From Spirochaetia bacterium (lineage in GTDB: Bacteria > Spirochaetota > Spirochaetia > SZUA-6 > Bin103): a DNA stretch of 64,000 nucleotides. Numbering within the stretch: position 1 is the first letter of the stretch; every line of letters begins with the position of its first letter. Below the pieces are notes generated by a model. The model worked only from the letters and a program-made list of their open reading frames with translations, did not search any database and had not been told where the DNA came from. The DNA is taken from contig CBDAOI010000004.1 in assembly GCA_965198005.1 (NCBI GenBank), forward strand, positions 2,272,001 through 2,336,000. The letters are read 5' to 3'. A program made the position numbers and the translations under genes. Below, piece by piece: positions 1-9,057 of this stretch.

Positions 1-960
1 CTGATCATGAAAGACCCCGCCACCATTCTGGCGGCCCTGCGCTCGGCTCAGGTGGACTACGTAGGCTGGATCGGCGTCGCTGAAATGCTCTATACCGGCG
101 AGAAAGAGAGTATCGAGCGGACCAACCCGGAAATCTCCTTCTACCCGTGGTCGATTCGGTCGGAGAATGCTTTCAATTTCAACATGGCCACGGACAATCC
201 GTTCTCGAAAGACGTCAGGGTGCGCCGGGCGATGCAGATGGCACTGGACCTCGAGACGATGAACGACACCTACTTCAAGGGGACTGCCAGATGGAAACCT
301 CGGGGGGTGCTCGGGGATGCCATCGTAGGGTATACGACGCCATTTGAAGAGTGGTCTGAAGAGGTCCGGAAGGGCTATACGTACGACCCGGAAGGGGCCG
401 AGAAACTCCTGGATGAGGCTGGCTATCCGCGCGCCGCCGACGGTATTCGAATCAAGGCTACGGAGCACCATTTCGAACATGCCGATTTCGACTATGCGCA
501 ATTGGCGGTCTCCTACTGGAAGGCCATTGGCGTCAATGTGGAGATTATCACATCGGAAGCTGCTACTCATGGAGCTCGTCAACGCGAATACACCTACGGC
601 GACATGATCTCCTGGATATCTGGCATGGACTTTCTTGACCCTGTCGTAGCGCTTGGCCTAGCTTACTCGAAGGGAGGATTCAACCCCTCGGGGTACAACG
701 ACCCGGAGTTTGACCGCCTGTATGAAGCCGCCCGAGACGCGGCCACCATCGAGGAGCAGCAGAGGGCGGTCAAAGCGGCAGATATGTACTTTACAAGCAA
801 CCACGTCTACGTATGGGGTCCTAACGCTCCCAAGTTCAACGCGGTCCAGCCATGGGTCAGAGGTTATGCGGGCGAACAATCCCTGGGATCCGATGACCGC
901 ATGGCCATCTTGGCCCGCCTCTGGTTTGATCATGGGATGAAGACAGAAATGGGGCAGTAG
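1..960 (+). CDS. Peptide/nickel ABC transporter substrate-binding protein (family 5), C-terminal part; gene starts upstream of the window
   Basis: Frame is open from base 1. SBP_bac_5 motifs PFSKDVRVRRAMQMALD and YDPEGAEKLLDEAGY. Followed by DppB/DppC-type permeases. Confidence 0.9.
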   Translation: MIMKDPATILAALRSAQVDYVGWIGVAEMLYTGEKESIERTNPEISFYPWSIRSENAFNFNMATDNPFSKDVRVRRAMQMALDLETMNDTYFKGTARWKPRGVLGDAIVGYTTPFEEWSEEVRKGYTYDPEGAEKLLDEAGYPRAADGIRIKATEHHFEHADFDYAQLAVSYWKAIGVNVEIITSEAATHGARQREYTYGDMISWISGMDFLDPVVALGLAYSKGGFNPSGYNDPEFDRLYEAARDAATIEEQQRAVKAADMYFTSNHVYVWGPNAPKFNAVQPWVRGYAGEQSLGSDDRMAILARLWFDHGMKTEMGQ

Positions 961-987
961 GGACCTCGCCCCCTATTGGTTTCCGCA

Positions 988-1033
988 GGGAGAGCGGAGA
1001 GGCTCACGCGTGAGCGCGCTTCTCGGCTCTCCC
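988..1033 (+). promoter_or_regulatory. Intercistronic GC-rich stem-loop between the SBP and the permease gene
   Basis: GGGAGAGC-G-GAGA pairs with TCTC-G-GCTCTCCC, with an inner GCTCAC/GTGAGC hairpin. No U-tract. Confidence 0.55.
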
Positions 1034-1071
1034 CACCCATTGCGACGGAAACGCTCCGCCTTTGACTGCCA

Positions 1072-2028
1072 ATGCGAGCTTATATTGTCCGGCGGCTGCT
1101 GCTCATCATCCCTACGCTCATAGTATTGAGCATCCTGGTCTTCCTGTCGGCGCGCTTCATCCCGGGCGATATCATCGACACCATGATAGCCGCTGACCAC
1201 AATGCCATGACTGGCCTGAACCGTGAGGTTCTGCTGCATGCCCTGGGGCTGGACGTACCGGTCCACGTGCAGTATGGACGCTGGCTGGAAGGGATTCTGC
1301 TGCGCGGCACCCTCGGCAACTCGCTGCTCGGAGATTGGCCGGTAGAGAAGAAGATCGCGGGCAGACTCCCCGTCACCCTGGAGCTCGGTTTGCTGGCGAT
1401 CTTGATCGGGCTGCTGATCGGCGTGCCGATCGGCATCTACTCGGCGATTCGCCAGGATACAGCCGCTGACTACGTGGGGCGCACGGTCGCCATCTTCGGC
1501 CTGGCTACGCCGAACTTCTGGCTCGGGGTGATGGTCATGACCTACCCGTCGATCTGGTGGGGCTGGGCGCCGCCGATGCGGCTGGTTCCTGTCACCGAAG
1601 ACCTGCTGGGGAATCTGGAGGTGTTTCTCCTTCCCAGCCTGATTCTCGGCACGGCGCTGTCGGCAGCCACCATGCGCATGACGCGCACGATGATGCTGGA
1701 GGTGCTGCGCCAGGACTACATCAGGACCGCTTGGTCGAAGGGACTGCGGGAGCGGGTCGTCGTCATCCGGCACGCCATCAAGAACGCCCTCATCCCGGTC
1801 GTGACCCTGATCGGCCTGCAGTTGCCGATTCTGGTCGGCGGCGCCGTCATCATGGAGAACATCTTCAACCTGCCGGGCCTGGGGCGTCTCATGCTCACGG
1901 CACTCTCTGACCGAGACTACCCGGTCATCTCGGGCATAAACATGTTCTTCGCGACGGTGGTGGTGGCGATCAATCTGATGATCGACTTGATCTACGGCTA
2001 CCTGGATCCCCGGGTCCGCTACACGTAG
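1072..2028 (+). CDS. Peptide/nickel ABC transporter permease (DppB/OppB type)
   Basis: MRAYIVRRLL start, EAA loop RTMMLEVLRQDYIRTAWSKGL, C-terminal DLIYGYLDPRVR. Confidence 0.95.
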   Translation: MRAYIVRRLLLIIPTLIVLSILVFLSARFIPGDIIDTMIAADHNAMTGLNREVLLHALGLDVPVHVQYGRWLEGILLRGTLGNSLLGDWPVEKKIAGRLPVTLELGLLAILIGLLIGVPIGIYSAIRQDTAADYVGRTVAIFGLATPNFWLGVMVMTYPSIWWGWAPPMRLVPVTEDLLGNLEVFLLPSLILGTALSAATMRMTRTMMLEVLRQDYIRTAWSKGLRERVVVIRHAIKNALIPVVTLIGLQLPILVGGAVIMENIFNLPGLGRLMLTALSDRDYPVISGINMFFATVVVAINLMIDLIYGYLDPRVRYT

Positions 2029-2051
2029 AGGCACTTGGAGGAATACAGCGT

Positions 2052-2993
2052 ATGGGGGACGCCGCACGGACACCATCAGCGGGGCTGGCTCACTTTCTGG
2101 TCCGGCTGTGGCGCGAGAAGCCGCTCGGCACCGCCGGCGGCGTGGTCGTGTTGGGCTTGATTCTGGTGGCGATCTTCGCCGACGTGCTGGCCCCCTACCC
2201 GTTCGATGAAGTGCACCTGAGAGCGCTGTTGAAGCCCCCGTCGGCCGAGCATCTGATGGGTACCGATCAGTTGGGGCGCGACTTCTTGAGCCGCAATATC
2301 CACGGGGCTCGAGTTTCCATGCTCGTGGGCGTGGTCGCGACCAGCCTCAACGTCCTGGTTGCGGTGTTGATCGGCGGCACGGCCGGATTCTTCGGTGGCA
2401 AGCTGGACCTGGTGGTGCAGCGGTTGGTCGATGCCTGGATGGCGTTTCCGGGGCTGCTGCTGTTGCTGACGATCATGTCGCTGGTCGGACAGGGCCTGCT
2501 GCAACTGATCCTGGTGCTGGGCATCTCCGGCGGCGTGGTGGCCTCGCGGCTGGTCAGAGGCGCGGTGATCGCGGTCAAGGAGAACGACTACCTGCAGGCG
2601 GCCACGGCCACCGGCAGCACCCGGATGGGAGCGCTGGTGCGCCACGTGCTGCCCAACGTGGCGGCTCCCATCATCGTCGTGTTCAGCATCAACATCGGCG
2701 CGGTGATCATCAGCGAGGCGTCGCTGAGCTTCCTGGGATTCGGTCTGTCGCCCGAGATTCCGAGCTGGGGGACGTTGCTGAGCCGGGACGGCCGCAAGTA
2801 CATGGAGCAGGCGCCGTGGCTGGCGCTGTGGCCCGGTCTGTGCCTGACCCTCACCGTATACAGTCTCAACATGTTCGGCGACGCGCTGCGGGACCTGCTG
2901 GACCCGCGCCTTCGGGGCGGCGGCGGCCGTCTCGGAACCCACCGCGGCCGGGTGCCGCAACCCAAACCCGGTCGCAGCCGGTCACGCGGGTGA
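2052..2993 (+). CDS. Peptide/nickel ABC transporter permease (DppC/OppC type)
   Basis: HLMGTDQLGRD, HVLPN, EASLSFLGFG and GDALRDLLDPR motifs. Confidence 0.95.
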   Translation: MGDAARTPSAGLAHFLVRLWREKPLGTAGGVVVLGLILVAIFADVLAPYPFDEVHLRALLKPPSAEHLMGTDQLGRDFLSRNIHGARVSMLVGVVATSLNVLVAVLIGGTAGFFGGKLDLVVQRLVDAWMAFPGLLLLLTIMSLVGQGLLQLILVLGISGGVVASRLVRGAVIAVKENDYLQAATATGSTRMGALVRHVLPNVAAPIIVVFSINIGAVIISEASLSFLGFGLSPEIPSWGTLLSRDGRKYMEQAPWLALWPGLCLTLTVYSLNMFGDALRDLLDPRLRGGGGRLGTHRGRVPQPKPGRSRSRG

Positions 2994-3037
2994 GAGCACC
3001 TGGTCGATCCCGACGACGCTAACCAGTCTATCAGCCG

Positions 3038-3550
3038 TTGCCGCGCTACGCGCATCTGTTGATCGACCAGACGCAGGTGGGACCGGAGGAGTTGCGCGGG
3101 GAGCTGCTTGGTCGCATCGCGCAACTGGCGATGATGGCGGCGTTCCGGGCGAGTTGGCCGGTGTTGCAGCGGCTGGTGCCGCTGCTGGCGGAGTTGGCGC
3201 AGGTGGGCGGCAGCGAAGACCTGCGGCGGATCGTGGTGTACATTGCGACCACGACGCGGGAACCGGAGCGCTGGCACAGATTCGCGGAGGCAGTACGGCG
3301 ACAGGTGCCGGGAGGTGGAGAACTGATGAACAAGACCGAAGAGATGATCGAAATCTACGGCGATATGAGGGAGCGTGAAGGCCGTCAGGAAGGTGAGTTA
3401 CGCGGCAAGGTGCAAACCATCGGGGGACTCGTGAGACGCGATGTCCCCTGGTCCATCATCGAAGCGGCCACCGGGATCGACGAGGCCACCTTCGACGGGC
3501 TCAAGCACCAACTCGACGCCGCTGACGGCGACGCCACCCACGCCAACTGA
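3038..3550 (+). pseudogene. Rpn-family (YhgA/transposase_31-like) nuclease, C-terminal remnant lacking the PD-(D/E)XK domain
   Basis: PRYAHLLID, a GGELM internal start and the REGRQEGELRG...IEAATG tail typical of Rpn C-termini. No catalytic N-terminus upstream, where dppC lies. Confidence 0.65.
3326..3550 (+). CDS. Putative internal small Rpn antitoxin (RpnS-like), 74 aa
   Basis: GGAGGTGGAG (3311-3320) lies directly before an in-frame ATG at 3326. Confidence 0.45.
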   Translation: MNKTEEMIEIYGDMREREGRQEGELRGKVQTIGGLVRRDVPWSIIEAATGIDEATFDGLKHQLDAADGDATHAN

Positions 3551-3556
3551 ACCGCG

Positions 3557-3571
3557 CCCCCCCCCCCCCCC
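3557..3571. repeat. Poly-C homopolymer (C15)
   Basis: Directly visible, just after the stop of the Rpn remnant. Confidence 0.9.
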
Positions 3572-3644
3572 GAGATCCAAGCACCTCGTAGGGCCTGACC
3601 GCTCACAGCGCCGCGTCCACAACTCCTGCACCGCCGGCGGCGGC

Positions 3645-4205
3645 GTAACTCCAAAACTCATTGTGCTGACACTGGCGCTCGCGCTGGTGGCTACCGTTAC
3701 GTTTGCCAGCGGCGACGACGAGGAGCCGGCCGCGGCGATGGAAAAGGAGATGGTGCTCGACCCCACGACCGGCGAGATGGTCACCGCCCCCGAGTACGGC
3801 GGGACACTGACCTTCGTCGTCAAGCTGGAGCCGCCGAGTGCCGACCCCTTGTTCGGCAGCGGGGCGTCACGGGGACCCGATGGCGTCACCGAGAAACTGG
3901 GCATGGTCGACTGGGGAATCGACCGGGACGTGTACGACCTCACCGGCGCTTTCTCTTACTTCCCGGTGTCGGTCCTGACCGGTCGACCGAAGAGGTCCGG
4001 AAGAGCTACATGTATGACCCGGAAGCGGCCGAGGCGCTGCTTGACGAGGCCGGGTTACCGCGCGGCGCCGACGGCACCAAATTCGAAATCGCGCTGCAAC
4101 ACTACGAGTTTTTCGACGTGGACTACGTGCAGTTGGCCGCCGCCTACTGGAAGGAGATCGGCGTGGACGTAGACATCGACGTGACGGAACGAAGCGCACA
4201 CGGAG
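3645..4205 (+). pseudogene. Peptide ABC substrate-binding protein remnant with large internal deletions
   Basis: Signal peptide plus FASGDDEEPAAAMEKEMVLDPTTGEMVTAPEYGGTL jumps out of frame at ~3985 to EEVRKSYMYDPEAAEALLDEAG. Start codon and C-terminus are missing. Confidence 0.8.
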
Positions 4206-4264
4206 AGCTGGGAGGCTCAGCTTCCCGGCTCTCTTCTTCAATCGCAGCGATTGGTTGCAACGGC

Positions 4265-4611
4265 CCGCTGGGGAATCTCGAGATGTTCATCATTCCCGGC
4301 CTGATCCTGGGTACGGCGCTGTCGGCAGCCACCATGCGCATGACGCGCACCATGATGCTGGAGGTGCTGCGCCAGGACTACATCAGGACCGCTTGGTCCA
4401 AGGGACTGCGGGAGCGGGTCGTCGTCATCCGGCACGCCATCAAGAACGCCCTCATCCCAGTGGTGACCCTGATCGGCCTGCAGTTGCCGATTCTGGTCGG
4501 CGGCGCCGTCATCATGGAGAACATCTTCAACCTGCCGGGCCTCGGTCGTCTCATGCTGACCGCGCTGACCGACCGCGACTAGCCGGTCATCTCGGGCATC
4601 AACCTGTTCTT
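4265..4611 (+). pseudogene. DppB-type permease fragment (near-copy of ~1605-1949) with premature TAG
   Basis: Near-identical to the first dppB. TAC>TAG at 4580-4582. Both ends deleted. Confidence 0.9.
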
Positions 4612-5066
4612 GATGGGTACCGACCAGTTGGGGCGCGACCTCCTGAGCCGCAATATCCACGGGGCGCGTATTTCCATGCTCGTGGGGGTGGTCGCGACCA
4701 GCCTCAACCTCCTGGTTGCGGTGCTGATCGGCGACACGGCCGGATTCTTCGGTGGCAAGCTGGACCTTGCAGTGCAGCGGGTTGTCGACGCCTGGATGGC
4801 GTTTCCGGGGCTGCTGTTGTTGCTGACGATCATGTCGCTGGTCGGACAGGGGCTGCTGCAACTCATCCTGGTGCTGGGCGTCTCCGGCGGCGTGGTGGCC
4901 TCGCGGCTGGTCCGAGGCGCGGTGATCGCGGTTAAGGAGAACGACTACCTGCAGGCTCGGCGCGGTGATCATCAGCGAGGCGTCGCTGAGTTTCCTGGGA
5001 TTCGGACTGTCGCCCGAGATTCCGAGCTGGGGGACGCTGCTGCGCCGGGACGGGCGCAAGTACATG
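4611..5066 (+). pseudogene. DppC-type permease fragment (near-copy of 2254-2805) with a 95-bp internal deletion
   Basis: Collinear with the first dppC. The segment equivalent to 2600-2694 is missing at ~4956. Ends at RKYM. Confidence 0.9.
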
Positions 5067-5189
5067 CAACGTCTTGCTGCATCGGGACTCGTAACTCTTC
5101 CAGTGGTGAACCCGTCTCCCGACAGCCCCCAGCCACCGCGAATCGGAGGTGCACCGCTTTCAGACATCGTGAGCGACGATCGCCGTTGA
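5064..5189 (+). pseudogene. C-terminal remnant of a VapB/Phd-like antitoxin
   Basis: QRLAASGLVTLP...GAPLSDIVSDDRR*. Its TGA overlaps the TTG start of a PIN toxin. Confidence 0.55.
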
Positions 5190-5416
5190 TCGCATTCTTC
5201 GACACGAGTGCTCTCGTAAAACGCTATGCCGCGGAACAGGGTACGGCACAGGTCGCGACTCTGTGGGCTGAGGCTCAACACCGTGCCGCGTCGCGGCTTG
5301 CCTACGCGGAGACACTCTCCGCTCTCCACCGAAAGGAACGCGAAGCTGCTGAACAGACGGCGCCGGCGCGCCGGCGGAACACGCTCGGCGCCGGTGCGGC
5401 GAGCGTGTTATGGTGA
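5186..5416 (+). pseudogene. vapC: VapC-family PIN-domain toxin, truncated
   Basis: (M)IAFFDTSALVKRY..EQGT...SRLAYAETLSALHRKERE. Similarity ends at ~5345, before the C-terminal acidic catalytic residues. Confidence 0.75.
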
Positions 5417-5425
5417 GCACGCTTC

Positions 5426-6955
5426 ATGGCCAACTCCGCACGGCGTGCTGTCGCGTACGATGTCGCGATTGTCGGGTCCGGCTCGGCCGGCGCGGTGCTC
5501 GCCGCCCGCCTGACCGAGGACCGCGGGCGCTCGGTCCTGCTGCTGGAGGCGGGTCCCGACTACCCCACCGTCGCCAGCCTCGCGCCCGACCTGGCCGACA
5601 TCTGGCGGCCGTCGATCAAGGACCACGACTGGGGATTCCACGCCGACACCGATCCCGACGGGCGGGACATTCATCTGGCGCGCGGCAGGGTGATCGGCGG
5701 CTCTTCGTCGGTGAACACCGGCATCGCGATTCGCGGCGCGCCGGCCGACTACGACCGCTGGGCGGAGCTGGGAAACCCGGAGTGGAGCTGGCGGCACTGC
5801 CTCCCCTGGTTTCGCAAGCTGGAGGATGACCGCGACTGCACCGGCGAGTTCCACGGCGCCGGCGGCCCGATACCGGTGGTGCGCTGGACCCGCGCCGAGC
5901 TGTCTCCGCTGCAGGAAGCGTTCCTGCAGGCGTGTCTCGACGCCGGCTATCCGCTGGCGGCGGACCAGAACCACCCGGCCGGCACCGGCGTCAATCTGAT
6001 GGCCATGAACCGCCGCGGGCGGGTGCGCTGGTCGACCAACCTCGGCTACCTTGGCCCGGCCCGCGGCCGGCCCAACCTCACGATCCGTAGCGGCTGTCTG
6101 GTGGACCGCGTGCTGCTCGAGCGGGGCCGCGCGGTGGGGCTGCGCGTGGCGGGCAACGGGTCGGCGCCGGCGGAGACGATCGGCGCGGGAGAAGTGATCG
6201 TGGCCGCGGGGGCGATTCAGAGCCCGCCGATCCTGCTCCGGTCCGGCATCGGTCCGGCCGCCGAGCTGCGCGCCCACGGCATCGAGCCGATGCTCGACCT
6301 GCCCGGCGTGGGCCGCCACCTGATGGACCATCCAGCCAGCTTCGTGCGCTGCCGGCATGCGGGGGAGCCGGCCGACTTCGACCCCCCGGTGTTGCAGGTC
6401 CTGCTGCGCTACACCACGGTCGGAGGCGAGTTCAACGACATGCAGGTGAACCTGCACCCGCCCGGCAGCTACGGGGCCGCTGTTTTCGGCGTGGCCCCCG
6501 GCCTGCAACTCTCCCGCTCATTGGGGCAGGTACGGCTGCGCTCCCGCGACCCGCGCGCCCACCCGGTAATCGAACTCAACTTCCTGGACCACGCGGAGGA
6601 TCGGCGCCGGTTGCGCGACGGCATCCGCCTGAGCTGGCGCCTGGCCCACGGCGCGGCGATCGCCCGGTTCCATACCGGAGTGGAGGGGCTCACGGCCGAG
6701 ACGGTCGCGGACGACGCAGCGCTCGACGCCTACCTCAAGGCCACGGTGATCAACTGGCACCACCCGTGCTGCACCTGCCGCATGGGCCCGCGCACCGATC
6801 CCGGCGCGGTGGTGGATCAGCAGGGACGGGTGCACGGCATCGACCGCCTGCGGGTGGTGGACGCGTCGATCACCCCCACCATCATCCGCGCCAACACCAA
6901 CCTCACCGCCATCATGATCGGCGAGAAGATCGCCGACGCCATGCGCCGGCCCTGA
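5426..6955 (+). CDS. GMC family oxidoreductase (choline dehydrogenase/MftG-like)
   Basis: GSGSAG FAD motif, RGRVIGGSSSVN, GRHLMDHP, WHHPCCTCRMG, ANTNLTAIMIGEK. Confidence 0.93.
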   Translation: MANSARRAVAYDVAIVGSGSAGAVLAARLTEDRGRSVLLLEAGPDYPTVASLAPDLADIWRPSIKDHDWGFHADTDPDGRDIHLARGRVIGGSSSVNTGIAIRGAPADYDRWAELGNPEWSWRHCLPWFRKLEDDRDCTGEFHGAGGPIPVVRWTRAELSPLQEAFLQACLDAGYPLAADQNHPAGTGVNLMAMNRRGRVRWSTNLGYLGPARGRPNLTIRSGCLVDRVLLERGRAVGLRVAGNGSAPAETIGAGEVIVAAGAIQSPPILLRSGIGPAAELRAHGIEPMLDLPGVGRHLMDHPASFVRCRHAGEPADFDPPVLQVLLRYTTVGGEFNDMQVNLHPPGSYGAAVFGVAPGLQLSRSLGQVRLRSRDPRAHPVIELNFLDHAEDRRRLRDGIRLSWRLAHGAAIARFHTGVEGLTAETVADDAALDAYLKATVINWHHPCCTCRMGPRTDPGAVVDQQGRVHGIDRLRVVDASITPTIIRANTNLTAIMIGEKIADAMRRP

Positions 6956-6972
6956 ACGCACTTGGTCGGCGC

Positions 6973-7902
6973 TCAGTCGAACGCCGCGACGATCTGCTCC
7001 TCGACCTGCTGGACGGTTTCCGGGTCGTTGCGGTTGCTGAACGTGTGCAGCCCGAACACGATCTCGTGCACCCCGGCCGCCGCGAATTCCCCGATGCGGT
7101 CGATCAGGTAGGTGCGGGGGCCGGCCATGCTGCCGGGACCGAGCAGGTCGACGAACCGCTGCGCCGCCGCCGCGTCGCCGGTGATCAGCAGCGGCATGGT
7201 CAGCGTGTGCCTGATCTCGGACGGGTCGCGCCCCACGTCCGCGCAGTGGCGCTCCAGCACGCCGACCTTGTGGCGGTACAGATCGAGCGTCATGCCCGCG
7301 CCGCTCCAGCCGTCGAGGTTCATCATGTCGCCGTACATCGCCAGCGTGCGCAGGGTGCGCTTCTCGCCGGTGCCGCCGACCAGGATCGGCAGGTGCGGTT
7401 GCTGATGGCAGCGCGGCGCGAACGGCGCGTTGTCCAGGCGATACCAAGTGCCCTCGTAAGTCACCGGCCCGTCCGCGGTGAACAGCGTCCGGATCAGCCC
7501 CAGCGCCTCCTGAAACCGGTCCTGGCGCTCGCGCATGGTCGGGAACGTCCAACCGTACGCCTCGTGCTCGCGCTTGAACCACGCCGCTCCGAGGCCGAGC
7601 GTGATGCGGCCCTGCGACACGTGGTCCAGGGTGGCGGCCATCTTCGCCACCAGCGCCGGGTTGCGGTAGGTATTGCCCAGCACCAGATGGCCGATGCGCA
7701 CCTTGCGGGTCGTGGCCGCCGCCGCCGCGGCCAGGGTCCATCCCTCGAACGCGTCGGCGTGCTCCGGCCGCCCGCGTCCGGGCGGAACGAAGTGATCCGA
7801 AAACCAGACGCTGTTCCAGCGCCCCGCATCGAGCGCCTCCACACACCGGCGGAGGTCGTCCCACGTGGTCAGGTAGTTGCTGAGTTGAACCCCAAACTTC
7901 AT
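6973..7902 (-). CDS. LLM-class (luciferase-like) oxidoreductase, probably F420-dependent
   Basis: MKFGVQ...SDHF...[32 protein letters not shown]...EHEAYG. Start placed at ATG 7902. Confidence 0.9.
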   Translation of the reverse strand: MKFGVQLSNYLTTWDDLRRCVEALDAGRWNSVWFSDHFVPPGRGRPEHADAFEGWTLAAAAAATTRKVRIGHLVLGNTYRNPALVAKMAATLDHVSQGRITLGLGAAWFKREHEAYGWTFPTMRERQDRFQEALGLIRTLFTADGPVTYEGTWYRLDNAPFAPRCHQQPHLPILVGGTGEKRTLRTLAMYGDMMNLDGWSGAGMTLDLYRHKVGVLERHCADVGRDPSEIRHTLTMPLLITGDAAAAQRFVDLLGPGSMAGPRTYLIDRIGEFAAAGVHEIVFGLHTFSNRNDPETVQQVEEQIVAAFD

Positions 7903-8047
7903 AGTGCGTGCGAGTATAGCACCCACGGGGCCGGCTGCCGCAGCCTCACGAGCCCGGTTGCCCGGTCAGCCCGGTTGCAGCCTGCCGCAACGCACTGCTT
8001 GTCCCGCCCCGGTCGCGCCGGTATCGTCGTGGCCAGGAGCTTGGATC

Positions 8048-8521
8048 GTGTGCAGGCATGATGAATCGCTGCGCGACCACTTGGCGAATCTGCTCCGTGG
8101 GCGCGGCGCTCACGTCCCGTTCGAACGGGCGGTGGCCGGCGTGCCGGAGGACCGGCGCGGGGTGATTCCGGAGGGGGCGGCCGCCTCCCTGTGGCAGCAG
8201 CTCGAGCATCTGCGACTGGCGCAGTGGGACATCCTGGAGTTCAGCCGCGATCCCGGTCACGTGTCGCCGGACTGGCCGGACGGCTACTGGCCGCAGCCGG
8301 CGCCGCCCTCGCCGGACACCTGGCAACGCAGCATCGACTCGTTCCTCGCCGACCGCACGGCAATGATCACTCTGGTGTCCGACCCCGGCGCCGACCTGTA
8401 CCGGCCGTTCCCGCACGGCACCGGCCAGACCCTCCTGCGCGAAGCATTGCTGGTCGCCGACCACAACGCCTACCACGTCGGCCAGATCGTGCTCCTGCGC
8501 CGCCTGCTGGGGTGCTGGTAA
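8048..8521 (+). CDS. DinB-family protein
   Basis: [16 protein letters not shown] and [10 protein letters not shown] metal-binding His motifs. AGGAG RBS before GTG 8048. Confidence 0.88.
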   Translation: MCRHDESLRDHLANLLRGRGAHVPFERAVAGVPEDRRGVIPEGAAASLWQQLEHLRLAQWDILEFSRDPGHVSPDWPDGYWPQPAPPSPDTWQRSIDSFLADRTAMITLVSDPGADLYRPFPHGTGQTLLREALLVADHNAYHVGQIVLLRRLLGCW

Positions 8522-8570
8522 GTCTGTCTTTGCAGGTTCTCGGTCTCCCGACGGCAAGCGGTCGTACGGC

Positions 8571-9029
8571 CTATGACGGCGCTCCTGCGTCAGATGCAGC
8601 GCCCGGCGCCGCGAGGGCGCCCCACGCGTTCACCCGGCCGATCCGCAGCGCGATGACCGGCAGCGGTTCGATCCGCATCGCGCGGTACTGCGGATACCGT
8701 TCACGCAACGCCGCCTGCGCGCGATCGTGCTCGTCGCCGCGATCGAGGATCTCGGCGCGGCCCCGCAGCATCACCCACGCGAGCCGGGACCAGTCTTCGT
8801 CGTACCGATCGACGACCACTGCGATATGTGGGTTCTCCGCAATGTTGCGCAGCCGCCGCAGCGCACGCACGTCCGAGCGCTTGGGCTTCTCGTCGACGGT
8901 CACGTAGAGGTTGTCGCCGAGCAGCGCGTAGCACACCGGCACCACGTGCGGAGCACCGTTCGCGTCCGCCGTCGCCAGCCGGGCCACGCGCATCGACGCG
9001 ACGAACCGCCGTGCCACACCGCTCAGCAC
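8571..9029 (-). CDS. Pyridoxamine 5'-phosphate oxidase-like (PPOX class) protein, probably F420-dependent
   Basis: RVARLATADANGAPHVVPVCYA, VDEKPK, LRRLRNIAENP, DRYDEDWSRLAWV. Confidence 0.88.
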   Translation of the reverse strand: MLSGVARRFVASMRVARLATADANGAPHVVPVCYALLGDNLYVTVDEKPKRSDVRALRRLRNIAENPHIAVVVDRYDEDWSRLAWVMLRGRAEILDRGDEHDRAQAALRERYPQYRAMRIEPLPVIALRIGRVNAWGALAAPGAASDAGAPS

Positions 9030-9057
9030 GGCAGTCGATGGTCCAGTTCCAGACGAA

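Noticed and set aside
4610..5416. Novel permease-PIN fusion protein (268-aa ORF)
   Set aside because: It is a read-through across deletion junctions that includes an off-frame stretch. Both parts are truncated.
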